Below are positions 38,426 to 47,493 of a stretch of DNA of 64,000 nt, piece after piece. How positions within the stretch are numbered: the stretch's first letter is position 1; every line of letters starts with the position of its first letter. The stretch comes from a virus. The notes beneath the pieces are model-generated. The model had not been told where the DNA came from, did not search any database, and saw only the letters and a program-made list of their open reading frames with translations. The DNA is taken from positions 16,156 to 80,155 of the IMG/VR virus record IMGVR_UViG_3300033816_000828. One strand, written 5' to 3'. The position numbers were made by a program, and so were the translations under genes.

Positions 38426-39546
38426 TTTTCATAAACCTTATTATGTGTATTATTGACTTGTATAAATGTTGTTTTCTTGCCGAAATCTTTAATTTTATCA
38501 GCACCTATATATGTACAAGCGCTTCTAAGGCCACCATAGATATCATATAGTATTTCTTCTGCTGGTCCTTTATATGGAACAGTAACGCACTTACCTTCTG
38601 CTGTTCGATAATTAGCTACTCCATTATGATGTTTATCCATAGCGTTTTTACTACTCATGCCATAATACTTTAAAGATATTTTTTTGTTAGGAGTAGAATA
38701 TCCTGGATTTAGTGTTTGCCAAAATCCCGGAGCAGAGGATCCTGCCTCAACATAATACTCATACTCCCACTCTCCTTCGCATTCTTCAGTTCCTGCAAAT
38801 ACGCTTCCTAGCATTACAAAATCACTATTACCACCAAAAGCCTTACAAATATCTCCAACTACTTTGCAGCCACCATCAGAACATATGTGTCCACCAAGAC
38901 CATGAGCAGCGTCAGCACACTCCATCACAGCACTCAACTGTGGATATCCAACGCCAGTTTTTAAACGGGTAGTACAAACACTGCCTGACCCTATACCAAC
39001 TTTGACTATATCAACTTTGCCATGAAGTATAAGTTCTTCGACCATTTCAGGAGTAACCACATTACCAGCCATAATTATAACTTCTGGAAAAGTTTTGCGT
39101 AGGTGTGCTGCTGTTTTAACAAATTGTTCTGTATATCCATTAGCAACATCAAGACATATATTAGGCAGTAACATATGATGTTTGTGCAACTTATCGAAAA
39201 CATTATTAATTTTTTCTAAATCTTTTTGTGATGTTCCTGTTGAATAAAAAACATAATCTTTTAGATCAGGGTATTGTCTATAAAAATCTACTAATGATTC
39301 TATAGAATAGTGTTTATGTAAACATACTATACTTTTATGTTTACTAACAACTTTTGCCATATCAAAAGTACCAACAGTATCCATGTTTGCAACCATTATC
39401 GGTATGCAATTTAGGTGTCTAGGAGAATGAACGAAATGAAAATCTCTTAATAAAGAGACTTGTTTTCTACTTGTTAGAAAAGATCTCTTGGGCCTAATAA
39501 GAACATCATCAAAATCTAGTTTAGTTTCATTAATTATTTTTTGCAT
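38422..39546 (-). CDS. guaC: GMP reductase
   Basis: LDFDDVLIRPKRS, ANMDTVGTF, DVANGY, KVGIGSGSVCTTR, YRTAEG. Confidence 0.92.
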   Translation of the reverse strand: MQKIINETKLDFDDVLIRPKRSFLTSRKQVSLLRDFHFVHSPRHLNCIPIMVANMDTVGTFDMAKVVSKHKSIVCLHKHYSIESLVDFYRQYPDLKDYVFYSTGTSQKDLEKINNVFDKLHKHHMLLPNICLDVANGYTEQFVKTAAHLRKTFPEVIIMAGNVVTPEMVEELILHGKVDIVKVGIGSGSVCTTRLKTGVGYPQLSAVMECADAAHGLGGHICSDGGCKVVGDICKAFGGNSDFVMLGSVFAGTEECEGEWEYEYYVEAGSSAPGFWQTLNPGYSTPNKKISLKYYGMSSKNAMDKHHNGVANYRTAEGKCVTVPYKGPAEEILYDIYGGLRSACTYIGADKIKDFGKKTTFIQVNNTHNKVYEK

Positions 39547-40069
39547 TGAAGAAGTACCATCTTTTGTGCGTGTCTATATTTTCTGAAGTGTGTATATGTT
39601 CTAAATAGTTTTTAATCTCATCCCAGTTGGAAAAAATCATTTGGTGAGGAATTGTTCCAAACAGCCAATCTGGAGTTTTATTTTTACCTTGAACCATATG
39701 TACTATAATAGGCTTTTTCTGGCGGTTTGCCCAAAAAATTTCTTCATAGGTTCCACAAGGATGAATATCTAGATCCAAATTGACTATAAGAAAATCACTA
39801 ATATCTACGAGACGTAAATCTACAGCACGAATAGTTTTCATCATTGCACTTAGCTCATCATATCTATTCATCTGTTTGAGCTTTGTTTTTATTTGGTGAG
39901 TATCATGATCTTCTAATCCAATATCTGTTGGTTTACTAATTGGATTAAATACTACTATACCTAAATCTTGTAGGAACGGAGTGATATTATCCCTCCATCC
40001 TGTTCCACGATCTGCTACTCTGTCCATGGCTCCAGCAAGATAAACTCTTTGATTATTTAGTCTCTTCAT
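39530..40069 (-). CDS. Nucleoside 2-deoxyribosyltransferase/Rcl-like N-glycosidase
   Basis: VYLAGAM, DLRLVDISD, GTYEEI. Confidence 0.8.
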   Translation of the reverse strand: MKRLNNQRVYLAGAMDRVADRGTGWRDNITPFLQDLGIVVFNPISKPTDIGLEDHDTHQIKTKLKQMNRYDELSAMMKTIRAVDLRLVDISDFLIVNLDLDIHPCGTYEEIFWANRQKKPIIVHMVQGKNKTPDWLFGTIPHQMIFSNWDEIKNYLEHIHTSENIDTHKRWYFFNAKNN

Positions 40070-40844
40070 TAAAACTCCGCAGTGTCATTCTATACTCGTT
40101 CAAATATTTAATATACAAATTTGGATAGTTTGGTAATGGAATATCTCCCTTTTTCCATCTCGTACTATCCTGTTTTGTAGCAACAGCAAATTGACATCTT
40201 TTAAATCTCGAAATGGATGATAAGATATTATAATATTTAAATGATAATAATAATACTGTTTCTGGATTAGGGTTATGTTTTTTTGATATCTCTTGAAATC
40301 CAATATCAGAATCCATATATTCTACCACACCAAGCATTTGGTGAAAAATTTTAGATGGGAAAATATGATGTCTGTCTGTGATCCCCCCATAATCCTCTCC
40401 TTCTGGTATCCATATTTTATCATTAGGTAGAACTGGATGTTTATATTGATAAAAATGATCCGATCTTGTTAGGATAATTCTATCATATTCATTTATAATA
40501 TTATAGCAATTCTGTTTAAGAAAATGTCTAAATGCAAATATAATAGCTCCAGATCCGTTATATTTGTTTAATCCTCCAGCTAAACCATGACGCTGTCCAC
40601 AAAGAAATGATTTTTTCCAAAAATTATGAAAAAACTGCTCATAGTAATCTGTCCAATCATCATATTCATCTATTTCAAATATATATTTTGCTATCTTGTA
40701 TAGACTAGATGATGCGTTAATAGTTTTACCAAAGCATAACAATAAATCTGCATTATAAGGATCTATAAGATTATTATACAGTGTATTCCATGCGGTTTCA
40801 CCACCACGAGCATTACCTATTAAAATTATTAATGTTTTTTCCAT
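40053..40844 (-). CDS. Hypothetical protein, glycosyltransferase-like
   Basis: YDRIILTRSD, GEDYGGITDR; lies in the glycan cluster. Confidence 0.55.
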   Translation of the reverse strand: MEKTLIILIGNARGGETAWNTLYNNLIDPYNADLLLCFGKTINASSSLYKIAKYIFEIDEYDDWTDYYEQFFHNFWKKSFLCGQRHGLAGGLNKYNGSGAIIFAFRHFLKQNCYNIINEYDRIILTRSDHFYQYKHPVLPNDKIWIPEGEDYGGITDRHHIFPSKIFHQMLGVVEYMDSDIGFQEISKKHNPNPETVLLLSFKYYNILSSISRFKRCQFAVATKQDSTRWKKGDIPLPNYPNLYIKYLNEYRMTLRSFNEETK

Positions 40845-40845
40845 A

Positions 40846-42939
40846 TCAATTATGATTTATTATATGCGGTTCTAGCAGATATTTTTTTTGTTCAAATAAT
40901 ACTGGCGACACCCACCAATAATCCCATGAACGAACCTTATCTTTTGGTACCCAGTTAACATAAGACGGATCATTACTTTTATCAAATGGATTTTTAATCT
41001 TAATATATCCATTAGAAATTAAAATTTTATTATTGTGTAAATTTTCTGCACTAATTAATAGAATTTGTCTTTTATTAAAATCAATACCTTCAATCACTGA
41101 TTCTTCAACTCCTTCAACATCAAGTGATAAATAATCTATTATATATGGCGCATCAATTTCATCTAATAATGAATTTAATGTTTTTTGAGATAATTTTTTA
41201 ATTATTTTATTTTTCACCGCATTATCATAAAGTACAATAATATCTTTTCTACCCATAGAATCTTCTGTTGATAATTTATTGAAGGATTCTTGAGTACAAG
41301 ATAATTCATGATAATCTTGATTAGTAAATTCAATAAAATCAACACTATCACAATTAGAATTGCCCAAAACACAATTAATATTTTTTGAGTTAGGTCTATT
41401 TTTATTTAAAAAATTAAACTTACTTGTTGGTTCAACAAGCACCCCTGTCCAACCTAATATATTTTCTAAAAAATAAGTATTAGAACTATTTTTTCCGTCA
41501 CAAGCACCAGCTTCTATATAATATCCTTTATGGGTATTACCAAATATATAATGTACAAACTGATCGTTATGTGTTATATTGGAGGTATAATTCAATACTT
41601 TTTGTGATTTTGTTATAAATAAATCTTTAGATACAATAAAAGAAGTAATATCATTAGATTCATTAGGATTTTGTTTAATTAATTTTTTATTATTAATAAC
41701 ATATAACTTTTTATCAGAATTAAACCAAACAAACGCTATTGGTGTTTTATAATCAAACTGAATAGCTCTTTGTGTATTAGTATGACAATTTATCCAATAG
41801 TCATTAATAGCTAAATATATATCTTCTATACAATCATATGATCCAATAAAATAGCAATCATTATTATTAAATGGCCTAAAAGTATTTATACTCGGTATAT
41901 CTTTAGATAAGATATTAGTATTAGTTTTAATCAAGCAGTCTTTTACATCTAATGTATCAAAAGTATTTTTATAATATAAATTATATTTTTTAATCCATTT
42001 TTCTACATAATTTGTTACTAGAACATTGGAATTTTTAACTGCTGGATATAATCCACCCCAAGAAAGAGAATTTTTACTATCATAATGTCCACTAAAGGTG
42101 GCATGTTCATAACACCAATCGTTAAAGTGATATACTTTGTTTCTATCCATAAATATCTGTATAGTAACAGCTTGACTAATTAGATCATTCCATCTACGAG
42201 TATATTGATATCCGCTATTATCATAATTTTGAAGAAATTTTTGTACATCATCTCTCATCCAAAAACTTAATTTACTAATCAAGAAATTATTATAATAACC
42301 TAAAATATTATGTTTTTTAGTTGTAGAAATTTCATTATATAATCCATATCTATTTAAAAATGTTGGCGTAATATTATTATTATCACAATAATTTTTACAA
42401 AATTCTATTAATCCACGAGATACAGATATGTGATCGTTACAATACGAGCGAAATCCATATTCATATCCATTGTCATACATGAATTTAAATAAATCATATT
42501 CTATTCTAGAATGTAATAATGAATCATCGTCCATCCTCATGTACCATTCATATCCCAAATTAATTAAATATTTATAAATTAGTATACCATACCATCTCAT
42601 CATATTACGATACCCAACAGAAAATTTCGGGTCTGCCCACAATTTAGGATCCGGATTATTTTTGAGCTCATCACATTGTGGAGGACACCATAGTTCATCT
42701 GGAATTAATTGAAATTTAATTTCTTTTCTGTCTTTAGTTATCTCCCTAATATCTGATTCTGTAAATGGATATTTTTTATCATAAAAAATAATAATATCAT
42801 GTTTAAATTCATTGTTATAATTTAGATATAAAGTATCTAAACTTTTTTCTAACATACTTCTTGAGTCTCTACCATAAGATTCATCTCTTTTGGTATTCAT
42901 GGCTAAATATACAATTACCGTTTTATCTTTATTATACAT
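40846..42939 (-). CDS. Fusion of a GT15 (KRE2/Mnt1-like mannosyltransferase) and an FkbM methyltransferase
   Basis: GYRNMMRW, YMRMDDDS, YNNF, RWND; C-terminal EAGACDG..SNT, LVEP, LSLDVEG. Confidence 0.82.
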   Translation of the reverse strand: MYNKDKTVIVYLAMNTKRDESYGRDSRSMLEKSLDTLYLNYNNEFKHDIIIFYDKKYPFTESDIREITKDRKEIKFQLIPDELWCPPQCDELKNNPDPKLWADPKFSVGYRNMMRWYGILIYKYLINLGYEWYMRMDDDSLLHSRIEYDLFKFMYDNGYEYGFRSYCNDHISVSRGLIEFCKNYCDNNNITPTFLNRYGLYNEISTTKKHNILGYYNNFLISKLSFWMRDDVQKFLQNYDNSGYQYTRRWNDLISQAVTIQIFMDRNKVYHFNDWCYEHATFSGHYDSKNSLSWGGLYPAVKNSNVLVTNYVEKWIKKYNLYYKNTFDTLDVKDCLIKTNTNILSKDIPSINTFRPFNNNDCYFIGSYDCIEDIYLAINDYWINCHTNTQRAIQFDYKTPIAFVWFNSDKKLYVINNKKLIKQNPNESNDITSFIVSKDLFITKSQKVLNYTSNITHNDQFVHYIFGNTHKGYYIEAGACDGKNSSNTYFLENILGWTGVLVEPTSKFNFLNKNRPNSKNINCVLGNSNCDSVDFIEFTNQDYHELSCTQESFNKLSTEDSMGRKDIIVLYDNAVKNKIIKKLSQKTLNSLLDEIDAPYIIDYLSLDVEGVEESVIEGIDFNKRQILLISAENLHNNKILISNGYIKIKNPFDKSNDPSYVNWVPKDKVRSWDYWWVSPVLFEQKKYLLEPHIINHN

Positions 42940-43942
42940 GATTACCTTTGATATTATTTAGTTGATTATTTATCCATTCATATGTTTGTTTAAGTCCATT
43001 AATCAATGGTAATGATGGTTGCCATGATAATTTTTCTGCAATTAATTTATTATCAGAATTTCTACCATTAACACCAACAGGGCCACTAATATTAGATATA
43101 CCAATATTTTTACCAGAAATATCTATTATCATTTTAGCAAATCCATTGATACTCACCATTTCTTCTGATCCAATATTTACTGGTCCTATAAAATCTGATC
43201 TCATTAATCTAATAGATGCTTCAACGCACTCGTCTATAAACAAAAATGATCTAGTTTGTTGTCCATTTCCCCAAACTTCTATAGATGTATTATTAGGTGC
43301 CAATATAACTTTTCTACATAATGCAGCAGGGGCCTTTTCTCTTCCTCCGTCATATGTCCCTTCTGGACCAAAAATATTATGATATCTAGCAATCCTTACA
43401 TTCAAATTATAGTTTCTCATAAAGGATAAATATAATCTTTCACTAAATAATTTTTCCCATCCGTATTCACTGTCTGGTGCTGCTGGATACGCTGAATCTT
43501 CTGAGCATTTTGGATTATTAGGATCTTCTTGATTATATGCTGGATAAATACACGCACTACTACTATAGAAAAGTCTTTTTACAGATTTAAGCACAGCTTC
43601 CTTGGCAACATTAATATTAATTAAAGCGGAGTTATGCATAACATCGGCATCATGTGTGCCAGTAAAAATATATCCAGCACCACCCATATCTGCTGCTAAT
43701 TGATAAACTTCATCGAAACTATTTGAATAGTCATCTTGACTAGTTTGTTTTGGAGCAAACATAGCTCTTGAAACTAGTGATTGGTCTCTTAGATCTCCAA
43801 TTATAAAATCATCAGCTTTTGTTTCGGAAAAATCTGGATATTTTAAATCAACTGATCTTACCCAAAATCCTTCTGATTTAAGCCTTTTGACTAAATGAGA
43901 ACCTATAAATCCCCCGCCTCCACAAACTAATGCTGTTTTCAT
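42932..43942 (-). CDS. NAD-dependent epimerase, GDP-mannose 3,5-epimerase-like
   Basis: GGGGFIG, LAADMGGAG, SSACIYP, YGWEK, REKAPAALCRK, GVNGRNSDN. Confidence 0.88.
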   Translation of the reverse strand: MKTALVCGGGGFIGSHLVKRLKSEGFWVRSVDLKYPDFSETKADDFIIGDLRDQSLVSRAMFAPKQTSQDDYSNSFDEVYQLAADMGGAGYIFTGTHDADVMHNSALININVAKEAVLKSVKRLFYSSSACIYPAYNQEDPNNPKCSEDSAYPAAPDSEYGWEKLFSERLYLSFMRNYNLNVRIARYHNIFGPEGTYDGGREKAPAALCRKVILAPNNTSIEVWGNGQQTRSFLFIDECVEASIRLMRSDFIGPVNIGSEEMVSINGFAKMIIDISGKNIGISNISGPVGVNGRNSDNKLIAEKLSWQPSLPLINGLKQTYEWINNQLNNIKGNHV

Positions 43943-44577
43943 ATAACCTCAACTATATGTTTATATCGTGTATGATATTTAAAATCATGAAATCCAAAAG
44001 AATTATTAATATTTATATCGCCAACTTCAGTAGAAAATGTATAGCCTATTTTAGAATTAGCATATTTACATCCCAATGATTCAAACTTTTGTCTCAATAC
44101 TATACACAATTCAACATCTTCATTATGTTGTATATTATGCTTTTCGCATATTGTTTTTTGACAGCTTAAAAATTGCTTACTTTTTAAGCAAAATCCACCA
44201 TTGCCAACCATATGATTGAACCAGGGCCAAGGAGCACCAATATAATCATATTCCAAAAATTCATCTCTCCAAGCATCAGGATTTACTATAAAACCATCCC
44301 AATTAATACACAAGAAATGACCGCTAAACTTTGGATCAACATTGGATAATATTATTTCTGGACTTTCATAAACAATAAATTTTTGATATTCTTTTATAGA
44401 TGGTATATTTTTTATTAAAATATGTCTAATATTTGATTCGGTAATTATACTATCTGTTAGATATATAGTGTCATAAAATTTTACTAACTTCTGACAATAA
44501 TTGATTGCCTTGATGGTTTCTGGTACTTTTGTTGATCCAAAAGCCACTAGTATAACTTGGTTAGATAAATCTAACAT
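43939..44577 (-). CDS. DUF5672-like (glycosyltransferase-associated) protein
   Basis: WDGF, YDYIGAPW, GNGGFCLKS, EDV, FGFH. Confidence 0.8.
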   Translation of the reverse strand: MLDLSNQVILVAFGSTKVPETIKAINYCQKLVKFYDTIYLTDSIITESNIRHILIKNIPSIKEYQKFIVYESPEIILSNVDPKFSGHFLCINWDGFIVNPDAWRDEFLEYDYIGAPWPWFNHMVGNGGFCLKSKQFLSCQKTICEKHNIQHNEDVELCIVLRQKFESLGCKYANSKIGYTFSTEVGDININNSFGFHDFKYHTRYKHIVEVI

Positions 44578-44578
44578 A

Positions 44579-44710
44579 TTATTTACCTAACCAATAATTT
44601 ATCATACTTTTATTTGGTATTCGATGAGTACAATTCTTTAATTCTATTATAGATTTAGTATATCCTACAGTTAAGCCAATAAATAAAAAACAAATTAATA
44701 GAAAATACAT
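44579..44710 (-). CDS. Small TM protein (43 aa), not in the ORF track
   Basis: MYFLLICFLFIGLTVGY...; fills the intergenic gap. Confidence 0.5.
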   Translation of the reverse strand: MYFLLICFLFIGLTVGYTKSIIELKNCTHRIPNKSMINYWLGK

Positions 44711-44715
44711 AAGTA

Positions 44716-45246
44716 TTATTTTTTGATATAAACATATACTGGAATATTATTCCATATATCTTTAATCAATTCTGAGATAAATTGCCAATCTCCACCAGCT
44801 AATCCGCTACCAAATTTTGGGCAATGTATTTCGGTTTCTGTAGTAATATCACGAGATTTCAGATCTATAGTTTTACTTTTAATATCGTTCATACAATTAG
44901 CTAGTGCAAAATAGTTAAGTGGTCTCGAATTAGATTTACTAATGAGTCCATTTTGTGCTATCATATTTGCAATAAAAATTTTATTACCGGTATTTTTATT
45001 AATATACGCTTCAACAAATTGAGTATACCCTAATTTGGCTTTGTTGCCAAGCATATGAAAATTTTCTTTAACTGATGGAAACATATTGCTGATATAGCCA
45101 GCAAATCCAGCACCAAAACCATTTACATTATTGCATACATGCGGTATAATAATATTATGTGTAGAGGTTCTATCTTTAGCAAGATCAATTATGTCTTTAT
45201 TTTTAATTAAAACGTAACATTTGTCTTTGTGTTGTGTACTATACAT
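44716..45246 (-). CDS. Macro-domain (ADP-ribose processing) protein
   Basis: HVCNNVNGFGAGFA, ANMIAQ, PKFGSGLAGGDW. Confidence 0.85.
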   Translation of the reverse strand: MYSTQHKDKCYVLIKNKDIIDLAKDRTSTHNIIIPHVCNNVNGFGAGFAGYISNMFPSVKENFHMLGNKAKLGYTQFVEAYINKNTGNKIFIANMIAQNGLISKSNSRPLNYFALANCMNDIKSKTIDLKSRDITTETEIHCPKFGSGLAGGDWQFISELIKDIWNNIPVYVYIKK

Positions 45247-45487
45247 TTTCTTTAGTCCATTTATTTAGTGGGCATTCCTGATCAGCCCATGCTAGTTTAT
45301 TCATGAAAATTTTTTTATTATTAACATTACATCCACACTGTAAACATTCTTGATGTTTAGTATCATAACTATCACAGGATAAGCATATATTGTATCTGTA
45401 ATCAATTTGTTGCTGATTACACTTTGGAAGTCCAGATGCAATATGAAAAATCAATGATTTAATAAATACTATTATTTTAGTTAACAT
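45239..45487 (-). CDS. Small Cys-rich protein (start more likely 45487)
   Basis: RYNICLSC...CLQCGC...ECPLNKW. Confidence 0.7.
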   Translation of the reverse strand: MLTKIIVFIKSLIFHIASGLPKCNQQQIDYRYNICLSCDSYDTKHQECLQCGCNVNNKKIFMNKLAWADQECPLNKWTKENV

Positions 45488-45488
45488 A

Positions 45489-45686
45489 TTATTTATCTGT
45501 CTCCCACTCTTTCCATGAGTCATCATCTTCAATAATTTGTTTTTTGCGTTGTTTAAATTGTTTGTTTGCTGCTTTATTATTAGATGTTTCATCATCTAAA
45601 AAATGTTTTTGAGTTTTTTTGTGAGAAAATTTTTGTTTTCTATTGAATTTTTCTTGAAATTGATCGTCATTCATGTACATATTCAT
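45489..45686 (-). CDS. Small charged hypothetical protein (start uncertain)
   Basis: Downstream of the TTGACA/TATAAT promoter; GAGG before ATG 45686. Confidence 0.55.
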   Translation of the reverse strand: MNMYMNDDQFQEKFNRKQKFSHKKTQKHFLDDETSNNKAANKQFKQRKKQIIEDDDSWKEWETDK

Positions 45687-45699
45687 AGCCTCATTAGTC

Positions 45700-45728
45700 A
45701 TTATATATGGCCGTATTTGGTGTGTCAA
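45700..45728 (-). promoter_or_regulatory. Consensus sigma70 promoter
   Basis: TTGACA-N17-TATAAT. Confidence 0.8.
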
Positions 45729-45752
45729 GCACTGAAATAAAAAAATATTTTC

Positions 45753-45781
45753 TTGACTACGACGAATACTACAACTATAGT
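45753..45781 (+). promoter_or_regulatory. Divergent sigma70-type promoter pointing antisense into the subtilisin gene
   Basis: TTGACT-N17-TATAGT. Confidence 0.5.
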
Positions 45782-45800
45782 ATTATTCAGACGGTTGATA

Positions 45801-46715
45801 TTATATATTAGGTAATCTCAATATTCCGTATCCTTGATACTCTTTTGTTCTAAATTTCTTGTTTTTTAATTGACTTGCACACTGTGAAAATATACTGATA
45901 TAATCAGCTGTATTATTTAGTTTCAAAGATTTAGTTTGTCTACTATAAGATAAAAGCAGACTTGCACAACCAACAGCAAATGGATTAGCCATACTAGTAC
46001 CACTCATTGCTGCGTAGGAATTATTCGGAACACAACTGACTATATCTTGTCCTGGAGATAAGAAATCCAGTTCATTACCCTTACATGTAAAGCTAGATCT
46101 GTTTAAATTTCTATCAATAGATCCAATAGCTATTGTTTCATCGTATTTTGCCGGATACATAATTGGACTAGTTTCTCCGCTGTTTCCAGCAGCACAAAAA
46201 ATTACGCATCCTTTTTTTATAGCGTATTTAATTGCATTATATATATCTTTAGAGTTACTTGGTGATCCTAATGACATTGTAATAAAATCACACTTATTAT
46301 CAGCAGCAAAAACTATTCCTTTTGCTATATTAATATTGTTGCCATTACCAGAACCGTCTAGAGCCTTAATTGGTAATACTTTGGATTTTGGAGCGATACC
46401 AACCATTCCATAACCATTATTTTCTCCACAGATTGATCCCGTAACATGAGTACCATGACCATGATCATCATAGGGATCTTGTTTTTTATTTAGTAGATTA
46501 ATTCCTTGTAGAATATTATTTTTCAGATCAGGGTGATTATAGTCACACCCGGTATCAATAACTGCTATCTTTGTATTTTCTCCTTGACTTTTCTTCCAAA
46601 ATGATTGTATATTAAATAATATAATTTCCCAGCCTAATATCTGACTACTTTGTGGAGATAATCCATAAATATTTTCTCTATAATGCGGTAATAGAGAGCA
46701 ATCATTCTTTAACAT
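45801..46715 (-). CDS. Subtilisin-like S8 serine protease
   Basis: VIDTG, HGTHVTG, AAGN, GTSMANP. Confidence 0.95.
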   Translation of the reverse strand: MLKNDCSLLPHYRENIYGLSPQSSQILGWEIILFNIQSFWKKSQGENTKIAVIDTGCDYNHPDLKNNILQGINLLNKKQDPYDDHGHGTHVTGSICGENNGYGMVGIAPKSKVLPIKALDGSGNGNNINIAKGIVFAADNKCDFITMSLGSPSNSKDIYNAIKYAIKKGCVIFCAAGNSGETSPIMYPAKYDETIAIGSIDRNLNRSSFTCKGNELDFLSPGQDIVSCVPNNSYAAMSGTSMANPFAVGCASLLLSYSRQTKSLKLNNTADYISIFSQCASQLKNKKFRTKEYQGYGILRLPNI

Positions 46716-47451
46716 ATCTATTTTCTCTTATCCATGATACAAATTTTGATACTCTAGTATGACAACCCTCATCCATATATGACGAGTCTGGTTTTTTGTC
46801 CACTGCCATGACACAGGAGTTGATTCCTGCCAGTTTGCCGTCAATAAATAAACCTCCACCGCTGTCACCACTAGAAATTAAAAATTCAAGTGCTGTGTGA
46901 TTTTTGGAGCCTCTGCGTGTTGGTGAACATACTAACAAATCCTTTTCAAATGCGTCTACTTTATTTGATCCAGCTCTTCTATTATTATCTGATTTTTTAG
47001 CTCCTGTAAGAAATGTTCCATGTATTCCAAAACCAGATATACAACATACTTTATTTAACTCATCTGTATTTTCATATAATTCAGGATAAAAATCTATATT
47101 AAATGAGGTATCAGAGTGTCCTATAGCAATATCAGAATTTCCAATTTCGCTATTGAAATCTTTATGTATAATAATTTTTTTCACAATAATAGTTTTATCT
47201 TTATCTAATTTAATAAGAGCTAATTTATGATCTTTAACTACATGGGCTGCGGTTAAAAAATTATGATTATCTATTAATACCGCAGACGCACAGAACTGAG
47301 TATCGTCATTATATACTCCACATAGTCGTGTAACGTATTTAAATTTTGATCCATATTCTATATATTTAGAATCTTCCACACTTGGATCTGTCGTTCCACC
47401 AAAACAAGATAATGATGTAAAAAATAAAATCAAAAAGAGGAATTTTTTCAT
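46702..47451 (-). CDS. Trypsin-like S1 serine protease with signal peptide
   Basis: LTAAHV, DIAI, GDSGGG. Confidence 0.92.
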   Translation of the reverse strand: MKKFLFLILFFTSLSCFGGTTDPSVEDSKYIEYGSKFKYVTRLCGVYNDDTQFCASAVLIDNHNFLTAAHVVKDHKLALIKLDKDKTIIVKKIIIHKDFNSEIGNSDIAIGHSDTSFNIDFYPELYENTDELNKVCCISGFGIHGTFLTGAKKSDNNRRAGSNKVDAFEKDLLVCSPTRRGSKNHTALEFLISSGDSGGGLFIDGKLAGINSCVMAVDKKPDSSYMDEGCHTRVSKFVSWIRENRYVKE

Positions 47452-47493
47452 AGTATCCTCCAGTGTTATATGATCTTATTTTAATACACCAAA

